Source: Malacoraja senta (Eukaryota). Taken from it: a DNA stretch of 64,000 nucleotides. The first letter of the stretch is position 1; each line of letters starts with the position of its first letter. Below, in pieces: positions 1-60,667 of the stretch. A model generated the notes under the pieces. It made no database searches. It saw only the letters and a list, made by a program, of their open reading frames with translations, and was not told the origin of the DNA. The stretch spans positions 8,868,001 to 8,932,000 of the forward strand of contig CM075993.1 in NCBI GenBank assembly GCA_038087875.1, in the 5' to 3' direction. The position numbers and the translations under genes were made by a program.

Positions 1-121
1 ATGAAAACCACTTGCTACTTAATCATTGGATTTGTATTTCCTACTCCAAGAACTCTGTGGACATGTATTCCAAGATACTTCATAATGCCTTTCCATTTAT
101 CAAATATTGCATTTCCCAAAT

Positions 122-321
122 NNNNNNNNNNNNNNNNNNNNNNNNNNNNNNNNNNNNNNNNNNNNNNNNNNNNNNNNNNNNNNNNNNNNNNNNNNNNNNN
201 NNNNNNNNNNNNNNNNNNNNNNNNNNNNNNNNNNNNNNNNNNNNNNNNNNNNNNNNNNNNNNNNNNNNNNNNNNNNNNNNNNNNNNNNNNNNNNNNNNNN
301 NNNNNNNNNNNNNNNNNNNNN
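122..321. other. Assembly gap (200 N)
   Basis: Run of n characters from 122 to 321. Confidence 0.99.
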
Positions 322-1213
322 AAACTGGTAAACTTGCATGGTCAGGCAGAAACATTGGATGGGCAAAACACTGGATACTGTATTGAAGAGACAGATGAAA
401 GCAAGATGTTTATAGCTATTGTTTTTAAACTATCTAAAACTAGTGTAAATTATTTTTTTAAGAAAAAACTGATGATGCTCAATGTTGAAATAAAAACAAA
501 CTGGTGAAAATATTTGGTGGGTCAGGTGAAGAGTGAAATAGGGACCTTCTGATCTATTAGTCTAGCGTCAGTAGGGAAAATATTCAGTTAATAAGGATTA
601 TAGAAGTAGAAAAGAATAATGGGATAAAAAAAGAGTCGGCATGGATTTATGATAGGAAAATCTGTGCTGAAGCCAAGTTCTTCACAATCTATATCAGCAA
701 ATTGGCTGAGGGGGCAAAATATCTTAAGTATGCTGATGATATAAAATTCGGTAGCATTGTGAGAAGGAAAGATGTAAAGAAGCTTTAAGAGGATATAGGA
801 AAGTTAAGTGTGTGGTGTGGACATAGCAAATGAAGTATAATGCGTATGAAAGAAAAATTAGGTTATCTACCTTCGAGCACAGAAAATCAGAGTTTTTTCT
901 AAATGCTGAGATGCTAGGAATTTCAATCGTAAAAGGAACCGAGGTGCCCTCACACTTAAGTCGTTGAAAGCCAATATGTAGAGGCATTAATTAGGATGAC
1001 AAGTGGTTTGCTAGCAGTAAATATGATTTATATGAGATAAAGATGTTTAACTACAATTATATTAATAATAATAATAATTCATTTTATTTACTGGCGCCTT
1101 TCTAAAACCCAAGGACACCTTACAAGGCATAGAATCACAAAAATACAAAACACATAATCGGAATAAATTAAATATAAAAACACCACAGTACACAAATCAA
1201 GGATATTGTGTTC

Positions 1214-1458
1214 TCGTGAGGCCTTCATCTTTTTGCACACAGTTTTGCTGTCCCCAGGCATTCTCCTATAATACTATCTCGGTCACCTCCATCCAGGGGC
1301 CTAAGCTGCCCTTCCAGAAAGGTGACCATTTTAATTCTCATTCCCATACTGACCTGTCTGTCCTTTGCCTCCTCCACTGCCAGGATGAGGCCAAATGCAA
1401 AGTAGAGAAATAACTTCATAAGTTCAGTCAGGATAGACTATAATCTGATGGCATACTC
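1214..1458 (+). mobile_element. Old Penelope-like (GIY-YIG end) fragment, interrupted by a hAT element
   Basis: Translates to ...HFNSHSHTDLSVLCLLHCQDEAKCKVEK, homologous to the Penelope ORF end at 5925-6419. Boundaries approximate. Confidence 0.7.
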
Positions 1459-1914
1459 CAGTGCCGGATTTAGATGAAGAGAGGCTGTTCCACTTGTGAG
1501 GCCCCTCCTAATCCCCCACCCCCACGACTAAAGGAAGATGGTCCACCAGATTGACACCGATTTGCAGCTGAGCATGGCCAATGAGATAAGGGGCTGGAAA
1601 GCTGTGCTTTATTTATTTATTTATTGCCAATGCTAGTGTCGAATTATCGGCTTAAAACACTATTATTCTGAAATGGAGGGCAAGGAAAATTACTGAAGGG
1701 TTGTTTAGAGACTACAGTGCATTGTGACAGCATAGGTAAAAAAAAAGGCCTATGACAGTGTCAAAAATATTACACACCTTGCAGGACTCTCACTTAACTT
1801 TTTTTCTCTGTTGTCAGCCGGGCAACCTTGGCAGCTTTTTAGGTTGCCAAATGACAGCTTAGGTGGTCATTTAAGACGGCTTGCATGACGCGTCCGATAA
1901 TGTGCTCGGACGAA

Positions 1915-4900
1915 GAGAGTCAAGTCAAGAGTCAAGAGAGTTTATTGTCATGTGTCCCAGATAGGACAATTAAATTCTTGCTTTGGTTTAGCACAACAGA
2001 ATATAGTAGGCATGAATACAGAACATATCAGTGTGTCCATAAACCATTATATAAATATATACACACATCGATAAATAAGCAGATAAAGTGCAAATAAACA
2101 GATAATGGTCAATTAATGTTCAGAGATTTGTTTCAGTTGAGTTTAATAGCCTGATGGCTGTGGGGAAGTAGCTATTTCTGAACCTGGACATTGCAGTCTT
2201 CAGGCTCCCGTACCTTCTACCTGAAGGTAGCGGGGAGATGAGTGTGTGGCCAGGATGGTGTGGGTCCTTGATGATGCTGCCAGCCTTTTTGATGCAGCGA
2301 CTACGATAGATCCCCTCAATGGTAGGGAGGTCAGAGCTGATGATGGACTGGGCAGTGTTTACTACTTTTTGTAATCTTTTCCGATCCTGGGCGCTCAAGT
2401 TGCCGAACAGCCACGATGCAACCGGTCAGCATGCTCTCTGCTGGACACCTGTAGAAGTTAGAGAGAGTCCTCCTTGATATACCGACTCTCGGTAATCTTC
2501 TCAGGAAGTAGAGTCGCTGATGTGCATTCTTAATAATTGCATCAGTGTTCTCAGACCAGGAGAGATCTTCATAAAAATGCACGCCCAGGAATTTGAAGCT
2601 CTTGACCCTCTCCACCATCGACCCGTTGATATAAATGAGACTGGGTCCCTATCCTACCGCTTCCAAAGTCCACAATCAGTTCCTTGGTTTTGCTGGTGTT
2701 GAGGGCCAGGTTATTGTGCTGGCACCATTTTGTCAGTCACTTCTATAGTCTGACTCGTTCCCATCAGTGATACGTCCCACAACAATGGTGTCGTCAGCGA
2801 ACTTGATGATGGAATTCGCACTATGACTGGCTACGCAGTCATAAGTATAGAGTGAGTACAGCAGGGGCTGAGCACGCAGCCTTGAGGTGCTCCCGTGCTG
2901 ATTGTTATCGAGGCTGACATATTTCCACCAATACGAACAGTCTGTGGTCTTTGAATGAGGAAGTCGAGGATCCAATTGCAGAGGGATGCGCAGAGACCCA
3001 GATCTGAGAGCTTGATAACCAGCATGGAGGGGATGATTGTATTAAATGCCAAGCTGTAATCAATGAATAACAGCCTGACATATGAGTTTTTGTTGTCCAA
3101 GTGGTCCAGAGCGGAGTGGAGACCCAGCGAAATCGCATCCACCGTTTATCTGTTGTGTCGAGGTAGGAGTTGATTTGCGCCATGATCAATCTCTCAAAGC
3201 ACTTCATCACCACCAACGTTAGTGCCACTGGTCGATAGTCATTGACGCACGTCACCTTGCTCTTCTTGGGCAATTGATGCCCTTTTAAAACAGGTGGGAA
3301 CCTCAGACCTCAAAAGTGAGAGGCTGAAAATGTCCGCAAAAACTCCAGCCAGTTGGTCCGCACAGGTTTTTAGAACACGACCTGGTATACCATCAGGTCC
3401 AGGCGCTTTACGAGGGTTCACCCCTCTGAAGGATTTTCTGACGTCGGCCTCTGTGACTGAGACTGAAATACCATCACAGCGAATGGGGGCTCGAGGAGGC
3501 ACATCAGTGTTCTCCCTATCGAAGCGTGCGTAAAACGCATTGAGCTCGTCAGGGAGTGATGTTTCGCCGACATTCGAGCTACCTCCTGATTTCGCCTTGT
3601 AGGAGGTGATTGCATTCAGGCCCCGCCACAGCTGCCGAACATCTGTCTCATCCTCCAGCTTGTAGCAGAAGTCCCGTTTGGCCTTTTTGATGGCGTTACC
3701 AAGGTCGTATCTGGACTTCTTGTAGACCACTATATCATCAGACATGAATGCCCGGTGCCTGGTCTTCAGAAGAGTGCGGATCTTAGAATTCATCCAAGGC
3801 TTCTGATTGGGAAACACTCTTGAAGGTTTTTGTACGGATGCAGTCCTCCACACATTTCTTAATGAAGTCTGTAACGACTGTGGCGCATTCGTTCAAGGCT
3901 GTTGCCGAGTCCTTGAACATTGCCCAGTCTACAGAATCCAAATCCCCCCCCCCCCCCGACCAGCTCTGTACAGTCCTCACTTCCGGGGGTGCGCTCTTCA
4001 ATTGCTGCCTGTACGCAGGAAGAAGCAGCACCGCGGTGTGGTCGGATTTACTGAAGTGAGGTCGAGCGATAGAGCGATAGGCATCCTTGATGGTGGTGTA
4101 GCAGTGGTCGAGGGTGTTTGGTCCTCTGGTGCAGCAGGAGACATGTTGGTGGAAGTTAGGGAGCGATTTCTTGGTGTTTGCTTTATTGAAGTCCCCGGCT
4201 ATGGTGGTAAACGCCTCAGGGTAAGACTTCTGGTGTTTGTTGGCCACGGCGTGCAGCTCCTCCAGTGCCAGACGGACGTCTGCTTGGGGTGGGATGTAGA
4301 CCGCGGTCAGGATAATGGAGGTGAATTCCCTTGGAAGGTAGAAGGGGCGGCACTTCACGGCCAGATGTTCGAGGTATGGGAGCAGGAGTTGGACAGGACT
4401 GCCACGTCTGAGCACCACGCAGAGTTGAACATGAGGCAGACGCCCCAACCTCTCCCTTTCCCAGATGCCAGTGTACGGTCCGTACAGTGGATGGAGAAAC
4501 CTTCAGGCTGGACTGCTGAGTCTGGGGAGCTGGGGGTGAGCTATGTCTCTGTGAAACTGAACACAGAGCATTCCCTCAGCTCCCTTTGATAAAGCAGCCT
4601 TGCCCTTAGGTCCTCCACTTTATTTTCTAATGACTGTACGTTGGCCAGTAGGATAGTAGGGAGAGGGGGGTCGAAGTCCTGTAGTCCTGCCCGATGGCCA
4701 CGTTTCCGTACTCCATGGAGCCCTCCTCGCTGTTTACAGGTACAGTACCTACGGGTCTCCCCGAGGTCGGGGAATCCCCTGACATCTGGATTTCCCATAC
4801 AGTCTGCACCTCCAGCTCCGTTGCTGCTGGCGGACCCTGCCCGATGGCTTAGATTCCGGACTCCCTGAAGGCCTCCCCAGTGTTTGCAGGTAAGGTTCTT

Positions 4901-5205
4901 GGTGTGACTGTGCTTCTCCGCAAGGCTGGGGAATCCCCTCTGACCAGGGATTCCCTGACCGGCGCTAACCTCGGGAATTCCCTGACCGGCGCTAACCTCG
5001 GGGATTCCCTTACCGGCGCTAACAACGGGAGTCCTCAGTGGGGCTAATGCATTTAAATGCATTAGCAGCTCGCTACTTACGCCATTGATTCCAGTGGATT
5101 TCCTAATGCAGGTGAGTTCATAAATGCTGTATTTAACTGTTTTTCTTTGTGCCATTCTTTGTGCTGTTCGCAAAATGTCTCCGCAGGTAGGCGCCATCTT
5201 AACTC
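1915..5205 (-). mobile_element. Near full-length Rex1/Babar-type LINE, frameshifted (APE endonuclease + RT)
   Basis: ORF pieces: LPTILLANVQSLENK, AGDFN, LDHCYTT, SDHTAV (endonuclease); [35 protein letters not shown] (RT). 3' hairpin, AATAAA and short TCTTGA/CTTGA-repeat tail at 1915-1990. Confidence 0.9.
4948..5023. repeat. 27-bp tandem repeat (~3 copies) in the Rex1 N-terminal coding region
   Basis: Unit TTCCCTGACCGGCGCTAACCTCGGGAA; encodes GIPEVSAGQ repeats on the minus strand. Confidence 0.85.
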
Positions 5206-5443
5206 CCTGTGTAGTTACCAGTCGGAATTATGCTCAGTGAAGCATTCACATATTATTTCTGCTTCAAATAAAGTCACAATCTAAACATATTCACCGATCA
5301 AGACATGATATATACCACAATGACATGCAGCAAAATTATAATACAGTATCTCAACTCTTTTTACACGTTGCAATTAATGCAATTTCTATTATTTCTATTA
5401 TTTCTTTCCACTTCCAAACAAAAATGTGGTTGGATTATTCAAC

Positions 5444-6591
5444 CTCGGTGAGACCAAGCGAAGGCACAACACCTCCACTCAGTTCGCAATAACCAACCTG
5501 ATCTCCCAGAGGCTCAACACTTCAACTCCCCCTCCCATTCCGAATCCGACCTTTCTGTCCTGGGCCTTCTTCATGGCCAGAGTGAGGCCTCCACCGCATA
5601 TTGGAGGAGCAGCACCTAATATTTGCTTGGCTAGTTTACACCCCAGCGGTGTGAACATTGGCTTCTCTAATTTCAGGTAGTCCTTGCTTTCTCCCTCCTT
5701 CCCATCCCATTCCCAGCTCTCCCACAGCCTACTGTCTCATCCTCTTCATTTATTTTTCGTGTGTCCCCCCCCCCCCCCCGACATCAATCTGACGAAGGGT
5801 CTCGACCCAAAACGTCACCCATTCCTTCGCTCCATAGATGCTGCCTTACCCGCTGATTTTCTCCAGCTTTTTTGTCTACTAATGGGATCCCACCACTGGC
5901 CACATCTCTCCTACTCCTCCCCTGTTGGCTTTCCGCAGAGACCGCTCCATCCGTAACTCGCTGGTCAACTCGTCCCTTCCCACCCAAACCACCCCCTCTC
6001 CTGGCACTTTCCCTTGCAACCGTAAGAAATGCTACACTTGTCGCTTTACCTTCCACCTTGCCTCCATTCAAGGACCCAAGCAGTCTTTCCAGGTGCCGCA
6101 GAGGTTCACCTGCACCTCCTCCAACCTCATCTATTACTTACGCTGCTCTAGGTGTCAGCTGCTCTACATTAGTGAGACCAAGCGTAGGCTTGGCGATCGC
6201 TTCGCCCAACACTTTCGCTCGGTTCGCAATAACCAACCTGATCTCCAGGTGGCTCAGCACTTCAACTTCCCCTCCCATTCCAAATCCGACCTTTCTTTCC
6301 TGGGCCTCTCCCATGGCCAGAGTGAGGCCCACTGTAAATTGGAGGAGCAGCAACTCATATTTCGCTTGGGCAGTTTACACCCCAGCTATATGAACATTGA
6401 CTTCTCCAATTCCAGGTAGTCCCTTCGCAGCTCTCCCTCAGCCTACTGTCTCCACCTCTTCCTTTCTTCTTGGCGTCCCCCCCACCCTCACATCAGTCTG
6501 AAGAAGGGTCTCGACCCGGAACATCGCCTATTTCCTTCGCTCCACAGATGCTGCTTCACCCGCTGAGTTTCTCCAGCATTTTTGTCTACCC
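5444..6591 (+). mobile_element. Penelope-like element (Neptune type): two tandem 3' segments with GIY-YIG endonuclease end and pLTRs
   Basis: ORF 5925-6419 has the Cys linker CNRKKCYTC and LIY..CSRC..LYISETKR (GIY-YIG). Segment 5444-5880 repeats the 3' part of 5881-6591. Each ends in a pLTR with a CTGAnGA...AAAC-like motif. Confidence 0.88.
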
Positions 6592-6816
6592 ATTCACACA
6601 AGTTCTGTTATCCCAGTTTCCTCACCCACTCCCAGCACATTAGGGGCAAGTTTACAGAGACAAGTTAACCTACAAAGCCAATCCGTCTTTAGGATGTGGG
6701 ATGAAACCCACACGTTTGCAGGGAGAATGTGCAAATTCAACACAGACAGTGCCCGAGGACAGGATCGAACACAGATCTCTGGCGTGTTAGGCAGCAAGTC
6801 TACCAGCTGTGCCACT
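6592..6816 (-). mobile_element. tRNA-derived HE1/V-SINE-like SINE
   Basis: Minus strand begins GTGGCACAGCTGGTAGA (A box), then GTTCGATCC (B box); homologous to 47781-48080. Confidence 0.75.
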
Positions 6817-6966
6817 ATATTTTATTTTCCAACACACAAAAAATTATACGTTGATAACTTTGGTTACTAAAAAAAATGAAAATATCCATTTTCCGTCTTA
6901 AATCTCCAAGTGACTCTATGTCCTCCTTTACAGCTACTGTATGTTTTAATTCAGTTCAAGACTATG

Positions 6967-7645
6967 GGGCAGTACATTGGCCATAAAGTTGCTGCCTAAA
7001 AGTGCCAGAGACCCAGAATTGATCCTGAATATGGGTGCTGTCTGTATGGAATTTGCTCCTTTTCCATTTGATCTCATGTGTTTTCTCCGGGTGCTCTTGT
7101 TTCCTTCCACAATCCAAAGGTGTGCAGGAACCTATTTCAGACCCAACCCAAAATGTAATATTTTCCTTTTGTCCAGAGATCTAACTGACCTGTTGAGTTA
7201 CTCCAGCTTTTTGTGTCTTTCTTCAGTTTAAACCAGCATCTGCAGTTCCTTCCGACACACACGATACTATACGATAGTACTTTATTAATCCTAGGAAGGA
7301 AATTGTGTGTGTGTGTGTGTATGTGGGTATATATATATTATATATACACACACTCACACACACACATATATATATATTTATATAGTTATGTATTCATATA
7401 TAAATATACACCGTTTTGTTTTCTCGTTTATAACATTGTTCTCAGAGTACTATGTTTACATAGTCTGTTGTGCTGCTGCAAGTAAGGATTTCATTGTTCT
7501 AACTGGGACGTGAGAGAATAAAACACTCTTGACTTACGTCGCTAATGTGTGGGATAAAACTAGTGTACGGGTGATCGGTGGTCGGCGTGGACTCGGTGGG
7601 CCGAAGGGCCTGTTTCCGCGCTGTATCTTTAAATTAAACTAAAAA
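6967..7645 (+). mobile_element. HE1/V-SINE-like SINE split by a Penelope pLTR fragment, a microsatellite and a Rex1-type tail
   Basis: Head at 6967-7127 and tail (GGGCCGAAGGGCCTGTTTCC...AAACTAAA) at 7537-7645; intervening sequence resembles the pLTR and Rex1 3' ends seen elsewhere in the window. Confidence 0.6.
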
Positions 7646-9074
7646 CACTAAAACCAGAGGGAGTCTAAAGAAGGGTCTCTACTCGAAACTTCACCCAATT
7701 TCTTCTATCCAGAGTTGCTGGCTTCTCTATGGGGTTCCCCTGCACAATTAAAGCATGGAATAGTCTTCATCCTACCATAGTTACCCAACCAGACGCAACT
7801 AAATTTAAGGTCATTCTTTTTCCCCCAAGAACCCTTTTTTGCTTAAGTCCAAGTCAAGAGTCAAGAGAGTTTTATTGTCATGTGTCCCAGATAGGACAAT
7901 TAAATTCTTGCTTGCTGCAGCACAACAGAATATGTACACATAATACAGAACAGGAGATAAAAGTTCAGTGTGTTTATATACCATAGACCATATATATACA
8001 CAATAAATAAACAGATAAAATGCAATAGGCTGTTATTGTTCAGAGTTTGCAGTTTGGTGATGGACCCTCTACCACCTCCAGTTTAAATTCCACTTAGAAT
8101 ATTTTTGGAGGACCAGGAAACCTGAAGCTAGAGTTACTCCAGCTCCAGGGAGTGATTCTGCGTTGGTTTTCAGCGGTCGCGGCGAGGCGGCGACCAGACA
8201 ACAATGGCGGCCAGATCTCCCACAATTCAAAGCTAGGGAGAAAGTGCCCAGCGCCGACCAGTTGCCGTGGCAGTGCGCATGTGCTGGGCGGCTGATGTGC
8301 TGGCTGTGGTTGTGCGCATGTGCAGGAGGAGGATGTGCTGGCCATGGCAGTGAGCATGTGCAAGGCGGCAGACGGTGCCGGCGGATGAGGAGCGAGCGGA
8401 GAGCGGAGACCCGGATACGGATGGCGGGCACAGACGGAGATTGACAGAGAGAGAGATAGAGAGGGGGGCCCGCTCAGAGTTGAGCGGCAGGTGTCCCGGG
8501 TGCTTGCCAAGCCGGGCAAAATGACACAACTTTTAGGTTGCCCGGCAGGACGTTAGGCACCCGGGCAACTGTTAATTTCGAGTCCGGCCTTGGCCGGAGG
8601 CCTCCTAGATTTCGAGGCCGTAGGCTTCACCCTACGAAGCCTAGTGGTAAATCCGGCTCTGGCATACTCATTGAACAGTACAGCACAGGAACAGGCCTTC
8701 AAATTAAAAATGCCCTTTAATTTGGCATCATTTTCATGATGTCTGAGGAGAGCATGATGCCAAATTAAACTGTTTCCTTCTGCCTGCATATCCCACCATT
8801 TCCTGCATATTTACATGCCTATCTGAAAGCCTCACAAACGCCACAAATGTTTCTGCTTCCACCACCACCCAAAGCAGCGCGTTCCAGGCGCTTATTACTG
8901 TCTGTGTAAAAACAAAACTTGACATCTGCGTTAAACTTTCTCCCCTCAAAGCTACGATCTCTAGTATTAAATATTTCCACCCTGAAGAAAAGGTTCTGAC
9001 TGTCTACCCTAACCATGACATAATAAACGTGTTTGGTATTCCGAAAAACGCAAGGAATCATGGAATTTGTCAAA

Positions 9075-9534
9075 GGTGACAAGCGATGTGATCTGGGGTC
9101 ATCGGGTGTTTCAGGTCTCACAACATCAGACACCCTCGCCCAGGCGACCCAGCCGGGGTTGATCAGGCCCCGACTTGCGTCCCAGCAGCTACCGCCCACG
9201 GATCAGCCATCTTAATAACTACTCTGCAGGGGTTGGGAGATTCTAGTACGTGGCGGGAGTGGGCTCTGTGGGGTGAGTCCTGGCCGGGCTCCTCCTGCGT
9301 CTCAACAGGTTCAAGGCCTGTACGCTGCACCTCTTTCTCCTCCGAGCATTTCACTCTCGCCTGATGGATTTTTAGGCCATGGTGGTTCATTGGGCCTCTC
9401 CGTAGCTTTATTGGGTGACTTTCTCACGAAAGACACAGACTGGGGTGCTAACCCAGCTTTTCCCGGGTGCTGTCTTTCCATGCCGTCAACTGTCTCCAGT
9501 AGTCACCAAACTATTCTTGGTTGTCACTCAGTCT
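9075..9534 (-). mobile_element. Internally deleted HERO-like (RLE-clade) non-LTR element
   Basis: N-terminal zinc-finger remnant GLKIHQARVKC..QRTG...ETQEEPG.DSPHRA is joined directly to the C-terminal/3' end motif IKMADPWAVAAGTQVGA*. Clade recognised from memory of fish HERO elements. Confidence 0.55.
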
Positions 9535-10134
9535 ATTCCTATGTGCCACTTGCTGAGCCAGACTTGAGTGTGAAAAATATACATCTTCTACATGAGCACA
9601 CCATTATGTGCTACATGTGCCAGCAGTCAACTAACACTCTTTTGGTCTCTGACCAGGCTTTACATATTGAAATATATCACTCAGTATTTCTTTCAGAGAT
9701 AAAATTCAGAATGACTGGATGCCACAACTCCAATCGGATCTGTGCTAACAGGGGATGGGACTTGTTTCTGGGATCAGGGATTGGCAGTGCTTGAATGGAA
9801 GTAGTGGTTGGATGAAGTTAAGGAAGCAGTGATGGGGGCCAGGGAAGTGCAGTGGGTGGGATGATTGGAGAGATTGTGCTTTTATAGTTTTCTTTTGGTT
9901 TACGGGACAGTTTAATACTATGACTGATTAAAAGTAGAATGCCAAAATGGTGATTGGATTTATTATCTTTGTCACAAAGTGTTACCAGTTATTAATTAGA
10001 AATCAATGTGGTAATCTAGCTATCATTTATTTTGTATTGTCAAATAGCGATAGCTAACATATTGAAAGTGAAATATTTATTCTCATTTGCTTTTCATTAC
10101 TTTGCATTAAAATTAATTGTTTCCATTTCAACAG

Positions 10135-58516
<48,382 letters not shown>

Positions 58517-58776
58517 GTACTCATGTTTCTGTAATTATGTTAGAATGCTTTACACTGTGTTGAAATAATTTGTTTATATTTCATTGTGATGTTTGTGTGG
58601 TTACTAGAATCTTGAAGTGTTTGGAGTACACACTGCCACATGTTGTTAAATACCTGCCACCTCATACAATTGTAGTAAGTGAATCATGAAAAGATTTCTG
58701 AGAAATTACTGTGCACAAATGATGGAAGGGAAATAATTAGGTCACTGAAGTTCAATAGAAAACAAATGGGTCAGAT

Positions 58777-59663
58777 ATGTAGGAAGGAACTGCAGATGCT
58801 GGTTTAAACTGAAGATAGACACAAAATGCTGGAGGGAAGGAATGGGTGACGTATTGGGTCAAGACCCTTCTGCCTGAGAATAAGGGGAAAGGGAAACGAG
58901 ATATAGACGGCAATGTAGAGAGACACAGAACAAATGAATTAATGACATGCAAAAAAGCAACAATGATAAAGGAAACAGACCATTGTTAGCTATTTCCTAG
59001 ATGAGAACAAGAAGCTGGTGCGATTTGGGTGGAGGAGGGATGGAGAGAGAGGGAATGCAGGGTTACTTGAAGTTAGAGAAACCAATATTTATACCATTGG
59101 GTTGTAAGCTGCCGAAGCAAAATATAATGGAATACTTTATTGTCACACGTGACTAGGCACAGTGAAATTCTTTGCTGCATACCCAATGTGTACAAATAGC
59201 AGCCACCTACGGCGCTGACAAAATTACAAAGCAAGTTACAAAATATAAGATGCTGTTCCTCCAATTAGTGTTTACTCTGACAATGGAGGAGGCCCAGGAC
59301 AGAAAGGCCAGTGTGGAAGGTAGACACAAAATGCTGGAGTAACTCAGCGGGACAGGCAGCAGTGCTGGAGAGAAGGAATGGGTGACGTTTTGGGTCGAGA
59401 CCCTTCTTCAGACCCTTCGTCAGTGTGGGAATGGGAAGGGGAATTAAAGTGTTTGGCAAATGGGAGATCAGGTAGTTCCAGGCAGACTGAGTGAAGGTGT
59501 TCAGCAAAATAATTGCCCTGTCTACACTTATACATGTCGCCGATGTATAAGTCCATATCTTGAACAACAGATACAGTAGATGAGGTTGAAGGAGGTGCGA
59601 GTGAACCTCTGCCTAACCTGAAAGGACTGTTGAGGTCCCTGTTACTCCAGCATTTTGTGTCTA
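58777..59663 (-). mobile_element. Penelope-like 3' fragment with nested pLTR pieces
   Basis: Minus strand LYIGD..FAEHLHSV...HFNSPSHSHTD (GIY-YIG end) plus pLTR sequence. Confidence 0.75.
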
Positions 59664-60126
59664 TAAATGGCTCAGATGGTTGTGCTGCCTCACATGCAGA
59701 AGCTTGTAATTTAGTGAAACCTTAATAAATGGCTGAAACCCAGGAGGAAGCCAAGGTAAGTTATTAAAATGGTTATGCTTTCAAGAGCTTCTTTTCATAT
59801 TATTTTAGACTTGTTTTTCACGTTGTTTCATAAAATTGGTAAAAAAAAAATAATTGTTGCTTGCAGAAGTATATAGCCATCATTAACATTCCTTGGCATT
59901 ATGTGAAACTTTCAGTTAGAGTGTTAACAGTTTAAAGTGTAAACTGTCCAGTGATTTTCTATTCCAGGAAAATCTAACCGAAGTTTGGATTCTGTTTAAA
60001 TTGCCTGTTTTTCCACACTTCTTGCATGGATCTGCATCCTGTTCCTTGGAGATTAGTTTTTTAGTAAACTTTAATAAATGAGCGATAGTTTTGAGTAAAC
60101 TTTAACAAATGAGCAGGCAAAATGTG

Positions 60127-60591
60127 TCGGCAAGGGCTGCAGATGTTGGTTTACACTGAAAATATACACAGGCAGCATCTGTAGAGAGATGGAAAGGGTG
60201 ACGTTTCGGGTCGAGACCCTTCTTCAGACTGAGAGTCAGGAGAGAGGGAAACTAGATATGAAGGGGTACAAAGAGAATGTACAGTGTGAAAATGCATGCT
60301 TTCCCCACTTTCTCCATCCCTCCCCCACCCTAGTTCTCCGACTAGTTGCACTGTCCTCCTGATTCATTTTACTGAGTCGTCACCATCCCCATAGCCAACA
60401 ATGAACCATTTCCTTGATAATTGGTTTAATCTGTCGTTTACACGCCATTCATTCTCTTTGTACCCATCTATATCTCCAGTTTCCCTCTCCCACACTGTCA
60501 GTCTGAAGAAAGGTCTCAACCCGAAACATCACTCATTCCTTCCCTCCAGAGATGCTGCCAGTCCCGCTGAGTTACTCCAGCATTTTGTGTC
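60127..60591. mobile_element. Pair of oppositely oriented Penelope pLTR fragments
   Basis: 60127-60270 on minus and 60297-60591 on plus; each carries the hammerhead-like motif. Confidence 0.8.
60200..60227 (-). ncRNA. Penelope-type minimal hammerhead ribozyme motif (best-preserved copy)
   Basis: CUGAAGA-A-GGGU(CUCG)ACCC-GAAA-C-GUC; core boxes intact, but stem I is only about 2 bp. Confidence 0.6.
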
Positions 60592-60667
60592 TTTTAACAA
60601 ATGAGCATCTTTTTTAGTTTGGTGGCAATTCAACTTTCTTAATTGTTTGTGCAGGTGTGCATGATGA

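Larger units (their letters stand above)
1782..8587. mobile_element. Inner TIR element with 5-bp TSD (hAT5-like)
   Basis: Imperfect TIRs CAGGACTCTCACTTAAC and GTTAATTTCGAGTCCGG; CCTTG on both flanks; CCGGGCAAC and TTTTAGGTTGCC subterminal motifs at both ends. Confidence 0.55.
1459..8661. mobile_element. Non-autonomous hAT-type DNA transposon enclosing nested insertions
   Basis: TIRs CAGTGCCGGATTTA (1459) and TAAATCCGGCTCTG (ends 8661), 13/14 match. Perfect 8-bp TSD GCATACTC at 1451-1458 and 8662-8669. Confidence 0.85.

Noticed and set aside
1..507. ORFs spanning the start of the window
   Set aside because: Artefacts of reading through the N gap; no fibrillin-like or other recognisable protein.
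3807..4589. 260-aa plus-strand ORF
   Set aside because: Antisense shadow of the Rex1 endonuclease region.
4948..5023. Regularly spaced repeats resembling a CRISPR array
   Set aside because: Head-to-tail 27-bp tandem with no spacers, inside a vertebrate LINE.
8069..8529. GC-rich overlapping ORFs / CpG-island-like promoter
   Set aside because: Lies inside the TIR elements; no recognisable domain or splice context.
9100..9140. CTGATG...GAAAC on the minus strand resembling a hammerhead core
   Set aside because: Lacks the CUGAnGA box and NUH geometry; better explained as a simple 3' UTR hairpin.
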